Below are positions 1-9,200 of a stretch of 64,000 nt of DNA, in pieces (position 1 is the first letter of the stretch; each line of letters begins with the position of its first letter). Both the position numbers and the translations under genes were made by a program. Source of the stretch: Candidatus Multivoradales bacterium (GTDB taxonomy: Bacteria > Acidobacteriota > Thermoanaerobaculia > Multivoradales > J023); contig CBDFLE010000006.1 of NCBI GenBank assembly GCA_965248925.1, positions 3,552,001 through 3,616,000 on the forward strand. The letters run 5' to 3'. The notes under the pieces were generated by a model, which made no database searches, was not told where the DNA came from, and was given only the letters and a program-made list of their open reading frames with translations.

Positions 1-1419
1 GTTGTCGTTGAACTGCCAGCGGGTGTCGAAGTACTCCACCGGGATGAAGAAGGGCATGCCGAAGCGGTATGCACGACCGAAATCGAACGCGGTGTCGGGC
101 AGCGGTCGATCGGTGCCGGTGAAGGTCGGGCCGGCGTAGGGCCGAGGCCGGTCTTCACGGGCGTACTGATAGCGCAGTTCGTTGAGCAGAGTGCCGGAGA
201 CGTTGGAGATGAACGAACCGGTCAGGGCGTTCGATTCGGCCTGCTCGACGGCGTTGGCCGAAACCCCCCAGGAGTCGACATTGAAAGTGCCGTTGGCCTG
301 CTCGGCGTCGGTGAAGACGTAGCGCAAAGTGAGCAGGTTGCTGGAGCCGACATTCCAATCGACCTTGCCGAGAAAGGCCAAGGCGTCGTCGGAGCGGTCG
401 ATCGGCCCGTTTTCGTTCGGGCTGCCGAGGCCGGCCAGGGCGTCGACCACCCGCTGCTCGATGCGGTTGGGGTCCTTCTGCTTGGTGGTGTCACCCTGCT
501 GCCAGTCAACGGCAACGAAGAAGAACGTCTTGTCGGTCTTCACCGGGCCGCCGACGGTGAAACCGATCTGCAGCTGTTCGGAGTCGAAGGTGGGTTCGCT
601 GGATCCGTCAGCGCGCTCGGCGGAGGTCGACAGGGAGTCATTCTTGAAGAATAGGTGGCTGGTGCCCTTGAGGGTGTTGGTGCCCGACTTGGTCACCACG
701 TTGACGAAGCCCGAGGACGAGCGGCCGAATTCGGCCGGGGCGCCGTCGGTGACCACTACGAACTCTTGCACGGCGTCGATGTTGAAGGTGAACGCCGGCC
801 GCTGGCCGCCCCGCTGTTCGCCGAAGAATGGGTTGTTGAAGTCGGCGCCATCGACCGAGATGTTGTTCTGGATGCCCTTCTGGCCGTTGATGGTCAGCTC
901 GTCACCATCCGGCCCCTGGACGATCGAGACCCCCGGCGTGAGCTTGGTGAACTCAAGAAAATTGCGGCCGTTGTTGGGAATGTTCTCGATCGTTTGGCGA
1001 TCAATGCGCAGCGAATCCTCGGTGCGGTTGGTGTCGATCAGCGGCGCCTCGGTGGTGACCACGATCTGCTCTTCAATCGCTGAGATCTTCATCTCCAGGC
1101 TCAGACGGATGGTCCGACCGACGGTCAGCTGGATGCCTTCCTGCACTATCGTGGTGAAGCCGGCGAGGGCCGCGGTCGCTCGGTAGGGCCCGAGGGGAAG
1201 CAGCACGCCGCGGAAACGGCCGCCAGCGTCGGTGATCTTCACCTGCTCGAAATTGGTGGCGGTGTTGAGCAGGGTAATGGTGACACCTGGCAGCACGGCG
1301 CCGGACTCGTCTTGCGCGGTGCCCTCAATGACACCGGTAGTGGCTTGGGATTGGGCGAAAATGCAAGTTGGCACGATCAGCGCGCAAACCAGCCAGAGAA
1401 TCAACAGGCGGGAGTTCAT
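1..1419 (-). CDS. TonB-dependent receptor (Oar-like) with N-terminal carboxypeptidase-regulatory-like domain; 3' part runs off the window
   Basis: Not in the ORF track. Manual minus-strand translation from ATG 1419 (RBS-like GAGGAGA upstream) gives a signal peptide MNSRLLILW..., then GVIEGTAQDESGAVLPGVTITL, IENIPNNGRNF, SVDGADFN, DAVQEFVV, AEFGRSSSGFVNVVTKSGTN and GFTVGGP..DKTFFF; open to position 1. Confidence 0.9.
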   Translation of the reverse strand, partial: MNSRLLILWLVCALIVPTCIFAQSQATTGVIEGTAQDESGAVLPGVTITLLNTATNFEQVKITDAGGRFRGVLLPLGPYRATAALAGFTTIVQEGIQLTVGRTIRLSLEMKISAIEEQIVVTTEAPLIDTNRTEDSLRIDRQTIENIPNNGRNFLEFTKLTPGVSIVQGPDGDELTINGQKGIQNNISVDGADFNNPFFGEQRGGQRPAFTFNIDAVQEFVVVTDGAPAEFGRSSSGFVNVVTKSGTNTLKGTSHLFFKNDSLSTSAERADGSSEPTFDSEQLQIGFTVGGPVKTDKTFFFVAVDWQQGDTTKQKDPNRIEQRVVDALAGLGSPNENGPIDRSDDALAFLGKVDWNVGSSNLLTLRYVFTDAEQANGTFNVDSWGVSANAVEQAESNALTGSFISNVSGTLLNELRYQYAREDRPRPYAGPTFTGTDRPLPDTAFDFGRAYRFGMPFFIPVEYFDTRWQFNDN

Positions 1420-1624
1420 CAAGCGGCTCTCCTCATTGGGTCCAGATGGTTGGCTGGGCGCGGTGTCCCAGCAGCATGGCAACAGAGTTCTCCCCTGTTC
1501 TAGCAAAAGACAGGGGCTTAAGGAAGGGCTGGGAGGAAACCCTGGAGGTGATAGCGCGGTGGCGAATCGTTGGTTGAGCCGCCTCTTTCCAACCTTGGGA
1601 GATCCGGTTAGCATCTGTCGCCCA

Positions 1625-2584
1625 ATGAATAAGAACATTCTAGTCACTGGCGCTTTAGGCCAGATCGGCACCGAACTGAGCGTCGCTCTCTGTGCTCGCT
1701 ACGGCGCCGAGCGGGTGATCACCTCGGATATTCGCATGCCGCCGGCCGACAACCCGGCTGCCTGCGCCTTCGAGTTGGTCGACTGTACCCGCTCGAGCCA
1801 TCTGCGCGAGGTGGTGCGCAAGCACCGGATTGGCACCATCTACCACCTGGCGTCGCTATTGTCGGCGGTGGCCGAAGACAAGCCCCACGTCGCTTGGGAC
1901 ACCAATCTGGGCGGCCTCTACCGGGTCTTGGAAGTGGCGCGGGAGTATCGCTGCTCGGTGTTTTCCCCCAGCTCGATTGGCGCTTTCGGTCCCGGAACGC
2001 CCCGCCACCTAACCCCCCAAGACACCCTGCAACGGCCCACCACCATGTATGGCGTCACTAAAGTGGCGGGTGAGCTGCTCTGCGACTATTACCATCGGCG
2101 GTTTGGCGTCGATACCCGCGGGGTACGCTTTCCGGGGCTGATCTCCTACGGTGCGCCGCCCGGCGGTGGCACTACCGACTATGCGGTAGAGGTTTTCCAC
2201 GACGCCGTCAGGCACCGCCGCTACCGCTGTTTCCTACGCTCCGATACCCGGCTCGACATGATGTATATGAGCGATGGGATCAAGGCGATAGTCGAATTGA
2301 TGGAAGCGGCTCCCGAGCGTCTTGAGCACCGCAACGCCTTCAACGTCACCGCGATGAACTTCACCCCGGAAGAGCTGGCGGCCGAGATTCGTCGCCACCT
2401 GTCTGATTTCGCCATCACCTATGAGGTCGATCCAGTGCGGCAAGCAATTGCCGATTCCTGGCCGGAGTCGTTGGACGATAGCGCGGCCCGACGCGAATGG
2501 GGTTGGGCGCCAGAATTCGATCTGCCGGCGTTGGTCGTCGACATGCTCGCCCACCTTGGCGACCGTGCCACGGTCTCGTCCTGA
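1625..2584 (+). CDS. tdh: L-threonine 3-dehydrogenase (extended SDR/epimerase type)
   Basis: Rossmann motif ILVTGALGQIG, catalytic YGVTK, PGGGTTDY and RQAIADSWP motifs; directly upstream of kbl. Start moved to ATG 1625. Confidence 0.85.
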   Translation: MNKNILVTGALGQIGTELSVALCARYGAERVITSDIRMPPADNPAACAFELVDCTRSSHLREVVRKHRIGTIYHLASLLSAVAEDKPHVAWDTNLGGLYRVLEVAREYRCSVFSPSSIGAFGPGTPRHLTPQDTLQRPTTMYGVTKVAGELLCDYYHRRFGVDTRGVRFPGLISYGAPPGGGTTDYAVEVFHDAVRHRRYRCFLRSDTRLDMMYMSDGIKAIVELMEAAPERLEHRNAFNVTAMNFTPEELAAEIRRHLSDFAITYEVDPVRQAIADSWPESLDDSAARREWGWAPEFDLPALVVDMLAHLGDRATVSS

Positions 2585-2612
2585 AGCGGGCCGCCTGGCC
2601 CAAGGAGAATCC

Positions 2613-3848
2613 ATGCCTCTCGATCGCCTGCACGATGCTCTCGCCGCCGACCTCGAAGCGCGGCGCCACCAAGGAATTCTCAAGGGAGCGGAGGATGTCG
2701 TTGTCGCGGTTGTTGCCGCCGCCGATGGGCGGGGGCCTCGCTACCGCCTGGCGGGGCAGGGCGAGAAATTGTTTCTGAAGATGAACTCCAACAACTATCT
2801 GGGCATGGCCTTGCGACCGCAGGTCATCGCCGCCGAAGAGGAGACCAGTCGGGCCTTTGGCACCGGTCCAGGGGCGGTGCGGTTCATCAGCGGCACCTAT
2901 CGTCAACATGTCGAGCTGGAAGAGCGACTAGCGACCTTCCACGGTCGCCAAGCGGGGATGCTCTTCAGCTCTGCCTATGCCGCCATCGTCGGCACCTTGG
3001 TGCCCTTGATCGACCGCCACACGGCGGTGCTCAGCGACGCGCTGAACCACAGCTGCATCATCACCGCCATGCGCCTGGCGCGGCCTGGATTGAAGAGCAT
3101 CTATCGCCATCTCGACATCGACCAGCTCGACCAGCAGCTGGCCACCGCCGCCGCGACCTGCCGCCGGGCGATCGTTGTCACTGACGGCATTTTCAGCATG
3201 CGCGGTGATCATGCGCCGCTGGGGGAGATTGTCGAACGGGTGCGCCGCCATGACGCCTCATTCGTCGAGGGGGTAGTACTGGTGGTGGACGACTCCCACG
3301 GCGTCGGGGCCTTCGGCGCCACCGGTCGCGGCACCGAGGAATTCACCGCTGCCGAAGGGGTTGATCTGCTGGTGGCCACCCTCGGCAAAGCCCTCGGGGT
3401 CAACGGCGGTTATCTGGTCGGCAGCGCCCAGGTGGTGGAGTTCCTGCGCGAGTCTTCCCCCTTATACATTTATTCCAACCCAATCACCCCGGCCGAGGCC
3501 GCCGCCGCTGCCAAGGCGCTAGAAATCCTCGACAGCTCGCTGGGCCGGCAGTTGTTGGATCACCTGCGGGCGATGACCCAGCGTTTTCTGTCTGGGCTCG
3601 AGCAACTCGGCTACGAGACCTTGGGCGGCGAGCATCCGGTGGTGCCGCTGATGGTTCGCGACACCGCCAAGACCTCGGCCCTGGTGGCTCACCTCAAGGC
3701 CCACGGCATCCTCGCCACCGGTCTCAATTTTCCGGTGGTGCCGAAAGGCGATGAGGAGATCCGTTTCCAGATCTCGGCCGATCATACGGCCGAGGATGTC
3801 GACACTACGCTGGCGGTGCTGGCGTCCTTTCCAGGTCACCAGAGCTAG
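2613..3848 (+). CDS. kbl: 2-amino-3-ketobutyrate CoA ligase (glycine C-acetyltransferase), PLP-dependent
   Basis: SNNYLG, VRFISGT, SDALNH, DDSHGVG, TLGKALG (PLP lysine), FPVVPKG; AAGGAG RBS before ATG 2613; paired with tdh. Confidence 0.85.
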   Translation: MPLDRLHDALAADLEARRHQGILKGAEDVVVAVVAAADGRGPRYRLAGQGEKLFLKMNSNNYLGMALRPQVIAAEEETSRAFGTGPGAVRFISGTYRQHVELEERLATFHGRQAGMLFSSAYAAIVGTLVPLIDRHTAVLSDALNHSCIITAMRLARPGLKSIYRHLDIDQLDQQLATAAATCRRAIVVTDGIFSMRGDHAPLGEIVERVRRHDASFVEGVVLVVDDSHGVGAFGATGRGTEEFTAAEGVDLLVATLGKALGVNGGYLVGSAQVVEFLRESSPLYIYSNPITPAEAAAAAKALEILDSSLGRQLLDHLRAMTQRFLSGLEQLGYETLGGEHPVVPLMVRDTAKTSALVAHLKAHGILATGLNFPVVPKGDEEIRFQISADHTAEDVDTTLAVLASFPGHQS

Positions 3849-3967
3849 GCCGCGGCGGCAGGTAGGTGCCGCCTCTGGTGAGTCTGGAGCCCTATTGAGG
3901 TACCCCTTGTTGATTCAGGTGCTTGGACAAGGCTCCGGTCCTTGCGCCTTCCGCGATGTGTGGTCCA

Positions 3968-4753
3968 TCACCCGAGCAAGCGGATCACAGGAGCCATCGG
4001 CATTGAATATCTAGGGTCTTCGTGTTTCGCTGGCCGTACCAGCTCGCGATGTTTCCACTGCGGATAGGTCGTACCATCGTCGCAGTCCTTCAGAGCGCTG
4101 TTCTTAGGCACGACACGGTCCTGAGGGCTGGCAAGACAGTACGTCGACACCTCGTTGTTCCGCGCCAGCTTCCAGTAGCGCGACAGCTGCTGCAGGAATT
4201 GCGAGTCCTTCTTCAGTTGCCTGGTCAGCGTTGAGCTGATGCCAAGAGCCCTGGCTATGCCCGCTGGCTCGGCGCCGTCGTGCGGTGTGCCGATTGAGAC
4301 GATCAGACGAAAGGAGTGAGGCTCGCGCGCGATGCTTTTCAGCAGCACCATCTGGCGGGCCAGCAAGCCGCCCATGCTGTGAGCGATCAAGACGATGTCG
4401 GTGTACCTCTGGTGATAATTGCGATTGTCGAATTCGGTGTTGAGCCAATCTGCCAAGTCGATCAGATTTGCATTGTGTCGTCTGAGGAACGTGGGATAGC
4501 GGGTGGTCAGCACATCGGCGGACTTGAGCGCCGGGTCCAAGCACGCCAGCTCTGGAAAATCCCGCCACGAACTCCGATCCCCATTCCAACCATGGACAAA
4601 GACGATCAGCTTGTGGTTTCCGGGCCGCTCGCATTGGAGCGCCGGAAAAGTCAGGTCCGCCGGCTCGTCGACTGTGGCGCTGTACCAGCCGAGGCTGCCG
4701 AATCCGAAGAAGAGGACAGTGCCCAGGAGAAGCCAACGCTTCCGGCTGCTCAT
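3968..4753 (-). CDS. Exported or anchored alpha/beta hydrolase (lipase/esterase-like)
   Basis: N-terminal hydrophobic segment, VFVHGWNG oxyanion region, nucleophile elbow AHSMGG, GTPHDG, D-x-V-V-P and a C-terminal His. Confidence 0.75.
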   Translation of the reverse strand: MSSRKRWLLLGTVLFFGFGSLGWYSATVDEPADLTFPALQCERPGNHKLIVFVHGWNGDRSSWRDFPELACLDPALKSADVLTTRYPTFLRRHNANLIDLADWLNTEFDNRNYHQRYTDIVLIAHSMGGLLARQMVLLKSIAREPHSFRLIVSIGTPHDGAEPAGIARALGISSTLTRQLKKDSQFLQQLSRYWKLARNNEVSTYCLASPQDRVVPKNSALKDCDDGTTYPQWKHRELVRPAKHEDPRYSMPMAPVIRLLG

Positions 4754-5925
4754 CGTGGTACTCGGTCCTTCCTAGAAGTCGGTTGGGTGTTGCGCAAGGC
4801 CTGCCTACAATTGGCGCCGACTATCTGAACGTCCTGGTCGTCGGAATAGTCAGCAAACAAGCGGTCGAGATGTTTCGCGGCTTCGGCCGACTGCCCTTGC
4901 CGGATCAGCACAACGACCTGCGAGGTTCGCAGGCCGCTGGCGGTATCCGGGTCCAGATCGTCGCCGAGATTCTCATCCAAGAGCCGCCAGGCTTCCTCGT
5001 TTTCCCCTTGGTCTGACAGGGCGAGCGCCAACACACCGTAAACGCGGGCGAGGTCAGGTTCCAGCTCCGCGGAGTCGCGGAACTGCTCCACCGCTTCCTG
5101 GAGCAGTTCGTTGTTGGCCAGGGCGGGGTTCTGCAAGTGTTGTGGGGTGCAAGTCTCCTGATGGGTCAGGCCGGCTTCGAGGTAGGCTCGGGTACGCAGC
5201 GCTTCTCCGAGGTGATATGCGGCGTAGCCGTCCTTCGGAGCGAGTTTGTGCCAGCGGCGATAGGCATCGGTCGCTTCGTCGAGCTCGCCGAGCTCGTGCA
5301 GGGTGACGCCAAGATGTTCCCACGCAGTCACAAAGGACGGTCTCAGCTCGACCGCTAGACGAAAGTGGTGGATGGCATCTTCAGGGGTATTGCGGCGCAA
5401 GGCGACGCCGAGATTCGAATGGGCGATGGCATCGAGCGGGTCGACGCCGATGGCGCTGCGAAGCTTGTCGATGGCGGCGTCGATCTTTCCCTGTTGCAGC
5501 AGAACCGCCCCTAGGCAGCGATAGGTCTTTGACGACCGCTCACCCACCGCGCTAGCTTGCTCGAAAGCCGCCATCGCCCGCTGGGCTTCACCGCGAAAAG
5601 CGTAGTACACCCCGAGATTGGTCAGGGTCTCGGAGTTGTTGGGAGCGAGCGTGAGGGCTTTGTCGAGCAGCAGCTTAGCTCGGCTGAGATCCTCGTCAGA
5701 TGGGCCGCCAGAGGCGGGGTATTCGATCGGACCGAGCGTACCACCCATCAGTCCCCAGGCTTGACTGACGAGATAGAGCACCTCGACTCGGGAGAGGGTC
5801 GAGGCGGGGTCGGATAGGGGTTCGGTTCGGGTCAGTGAATGGGCCAACTTACCGCAGAAGAAACCCAAGGTTGCGACAAAGAAGAGTCCTGTTAGGCACC
5901 ATAACCGATAAGTTTTTTCAGACAT
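4750..5925 (-). CDS. Tetratricopeptide repeat protein with N-terminal TM/signal segment
   Basis: Repeated TPR-type helices (TNLGVYY..AMAAFEQA, AHSNLGVAL, AWEHLGVTL..DEATDAY); ATGA overlap with the hydrolase start. Confidence 0.75.
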   Translation of the reverse strand: MSEKTYRLWCLTGLFFVATLGFFCGKLAHSLTRTEPLSDPASTLSRVEVLYLVSQAWGLMGGTLGPIEYPASGGPSDEDLSRAKLLLDKALTLAPNNSETLTNLGVYYAFRGEAQRAMAAFEQASAVGERSSKTYRCLGAVLLQQGKIDAAIDKLRSAIGVDPLDAIAHSNLGVALRRNTPEDAIHHFRLAVELRPSFVTAWEHLGVTLHELGELDEATDAYRRWHKLAPKDGYAAYHLGEALRTRAYLEAGLTHQETCTPQHLQNPALANNELLQEAVEQFRDSAELEPDLARVYGVLALALSDQGENEEAWRLLDENLGDDLDPDTASGLRTSQVVVLIRQGQSAEAAKHLDRLFADYSDDQDVQIVGANCRQALRNTQPTSRKDRVPR

Positions 5926-6229
5926 AGACCGTTGAGTCTAGAAGGTCAAATGACGCCCCTAGCCTTCACCTAGTGAGATTCGAATGTGTCACTACACCAA
6001 ATATGATAACTCCGGATGCTAGCCCTCAGAGCTGGCCGCGTCAAGCTCTTGAATCAAAGAGCAGAGGCCGGAGGGGATTTCCCGGCAGCGCGGTAGAAAC
6101 GCCTGTCGGTGAGTGTTCCGCTGGGGCGCAGCGTTGGCCGTGGAGCACCGCCACAGGTCTAGGACGGTGGCCGGAAGGCTCGGCTGGCTGGTCGGGCGAT
6201 TCGCCAGCCTTGACCCCCTCATCGGCCGC

Positions 6230-9200
6230 TCAGCCGCGGCGACGTAGCCAGCTCACTCCGGCAAGAGCCAGCAAGAGGGCGATCAACGCCAGACCGGTGT
6301 TGCCGAGGGTGGGGATCTCCAACACCTCCACCGGTCCCAGCTCCACTTCCAGCATGGTCGACAAGCCGTTCAGGTCGGTCAGCACCAGGGTGGCGGTGCC
6401 GGCCAGCGAGGGGTCGTCCAAGGTGGCGATCCAGGTCCACTCCATGTCGCCCACCGTGCCGGCGGTTTGTAGGCTGATGTTGGCGCGGACCAAGAGGTCG
6501 AGGGAGGCTACGCCGTTGATCGCTTGGCCGATGCCACTGGCGAAGTCTTCGCCTTCGATCAGCTGGTTGAGCAGCAGGTTGGTGACTTCGCAGAGATCGC
6601 CGATATTGTCCATGTCGAGGTCGGCCTGGTCGGCGTTGGGGATGGCTGGGCAGTTGTCGCAGAGATCGCCCACTTCGTCCATGTCGAGGTCGGCTTGATC
6701 GCTGTTGGCGTTGGCCGGGCAGTTGTCACAGACATCGCCTACCCCATCAAGGTCGCCATCGGCCTGACCGCTGTTGGCGTTGGTTGGGCAGTTGTCGCAA
6801 ACATCGCCGACCCCGTCCGTGTCGCCGTCGGCTTGGTCGGCGTTGGCGTTGATCGAGCAGTTGTCGCAGACATCACCGACGCCGTCCGTGTCGCCATCGG
6901 CCTGGTCTTCGTTGGTAGTCATCGGGCAGTTGTCGCAGGCGTCGCCGAGGCTGTCGCCATCGCTAGCCATCTGGCCGGCGTTGGCGGTCATCGGGCAGTT
7001 GTCTACATCGTCGGGAACGCCATCGCCATCGAAGTCGGTCATCAAGAACAGCGCCGCGCCGTCGTGGTCGGAAGATGCCTCGGCGGTTAGCGGATCGTCG
7101 AAGAAGACCTCAGCGGCGTCGGAGTTGCCACGGCCGAATTCAAAGTCGCGAACGAAGATGTCGGCCGCCTGGGTGGTCAAGGCGTGATCGAGTACCTGAC
7201 TGTTGCCGCGGAAGTTGAACGAATACTGCTCGCTGGCCGCCAAGTTGAGTACCTGCTTGGTGAGGTTGGGGTCGACCAAGTCGGGGCCGGAGAGCAGGTT
7301 GTCGGCGGCGACGAAGTCACCGCTCATCTGGCCGACCACGTCGACGAAGCTATCGCTGAATTGGAAGGCGTTGAGATCGCCGATGATGATCAGCGGTACG
7401 GTCGGGTTGGCGGTTTGGAAATCCTGCGCCTTCTGGGCGATCGACTGCGCCTGCTCGAGTCGCTTTTGGCGCACTCGCGGACCGCTGCCGCCGTCGATGC
7501 CGCTGAGTGACCGGGTGTGGTTGACCATCACCGCGACGGGGAAGTCAGCGCCGTTGCCGGTGTAGCGGCCTTCGAGTAGTAGCGCCGGGCGGTCGTTGAG
7601 CAGCGAGCCATCGAAGGTCAGCAGCTCGGCGGCACCGAGTTGGGTGATCGCGTCTACGGTCACCGTATCGCGCACCAAGAAGCCAACGTCGATGGTGCCG
7701 ATGTCATTGCCCTCGATCAAGAAAGGCGTGTAGGGCACCAGGGCGCCACAGGTAGCGTCGTTGGCCAGCCGATCGGCCAGTGCTTGCAGCACGGTGAGGC
7801 TTTCGACCTCCTGGACACCGAGGATCTCGGGCGAGTCCAGCACCTGGTCGATGTAGAGGCAGAACTTGTCGAGCCGGGCCTGGTATTCGACGGTGGGAAT
7901 CACCACATCGTCGCGGCCGCCATCGGCCGGGTCGTCGACATCGTCGAAGAGGCGGAACATGTTGAGGGTGCCAACGGTGATCTCACCGGCGACTCGAGCA
8001 CGCACCGCCATCGGCAGCGGCGCCTGAATCACGGTCAGGCTCGACGGCCACAGCTCGTAGCCGCCGAACTCGAAGCCCAGGCCGCCGGTGGCGAAGAACA
8101 TCGAGCCGCCGTTGATCGGATCGTTGGCCAGGCCGAGTTTGTCGGGATCCAGTTCGAACAACTCTGGGTTGCCGTCCCACACCGGCAGCCCTACCATGCC
8201 GGGGAATTCGATGCCGGGCTCGCGGAAGCAGCGGGTCGGCCCGGAGGTGACGAAGACCTCGGCGATCGGATCGACGCCGAAGCCCTGGTTGCCGGAGCAA
8301 ACCTGGCCGGCGTCGACGGTAATCAACATGCCTTCAAAGCACTCCAGCCCACCGGCGGCACAATCTGGCGCGGTGGGATCGGGCGACGGTACGGTGGCGT
8401 CGAAGAGGGTCGCTGCCGGCAGCGGGTTGGCGTTCGAATCGACGGTGACGATCGGGCCGTTCGAATACTCGGTGAAGCCGAAGAACTCGACCACCGGTCC
8501 GGTGACATCGACCTGATCACCCTCGGCCACCCCCGGCGCGCCGCCGGTGAAGACATAGATGCCGTTCGAGGTCTCAGGGTCCGCATCGTCGCGGGCGTCC
8601 GGGGTTTGCAGGAAGAAGCCGTTCGGGCCCACCGCGGTAACGATGTTGTCGAGGGTGGTGACCACCTGGTCGGCGAAGGGCGAAGCGGCGCCGGCGCCCT
8701 GGATCTCGTAGATCTCGCGGGTGACGTCGCAGTTTCCCACCGCCACCGAGTTAGGCCAGCCCGGAGTGATGCAGCGCGGGCTCCAATCAACGTTGTTCTG
8801 CTGCGTGTCGGCGCCGTTGGGGATGCGCGAGATGCCGATGCCGGTGAGGGCTGAATCGTCCAGCAAGCCGGCACCTGAGCCTTCGACGAAACCGGCGACG
8901 TCGCCTTCGTAGCTCACCACATCGACCGCCGCGCCGCTGAGCATCAGCGCTACGGCATCGGGGGCGCCGTTCTGGATCAGGTTGGTGTCGGGGGTGACGT
9001 CAAGGTCGCAGTTGAGCACCGTCGCCGGGTTGGCGCAGAGGACGAAGAAGTCACCTGGCGGCAGCAGCACCGGCGGCAGATCGAAGCTCTGGTAGACGGC
9101 GGCGCCAGAACCGTTGATCAAGTCGACGGAGTAGAGGTCGAGGTCGACATCGGCCTCGCCGGCGTTGTAGATCTCGATGAATTCGGCGGCGTCGGTGCCG

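Noticed and set aside
329-1186. 285-aa plus-strand ORF
   Set aside because: Antisense shadow of the TonB-dependent receptor gene.
1232-1624. N-terminal extension of tdh in the ORF track
   Set aside because: Overlaps the divergent receptor gene; the Rossmann motif begins right after ATG 1625.
2613-3848. BioF (8-amino-7-oxononanoate synthase) call
   Set aside because: Same family, but VRFISGT and FPVVPKG motifs plus adjacency to tdh favour Kbl.
7640-8854. 404-aa plus-strand ORF
   Set aside because: Antisense shadow of the LTD/EEP gene, typical of high-GC DNA; no motifs.
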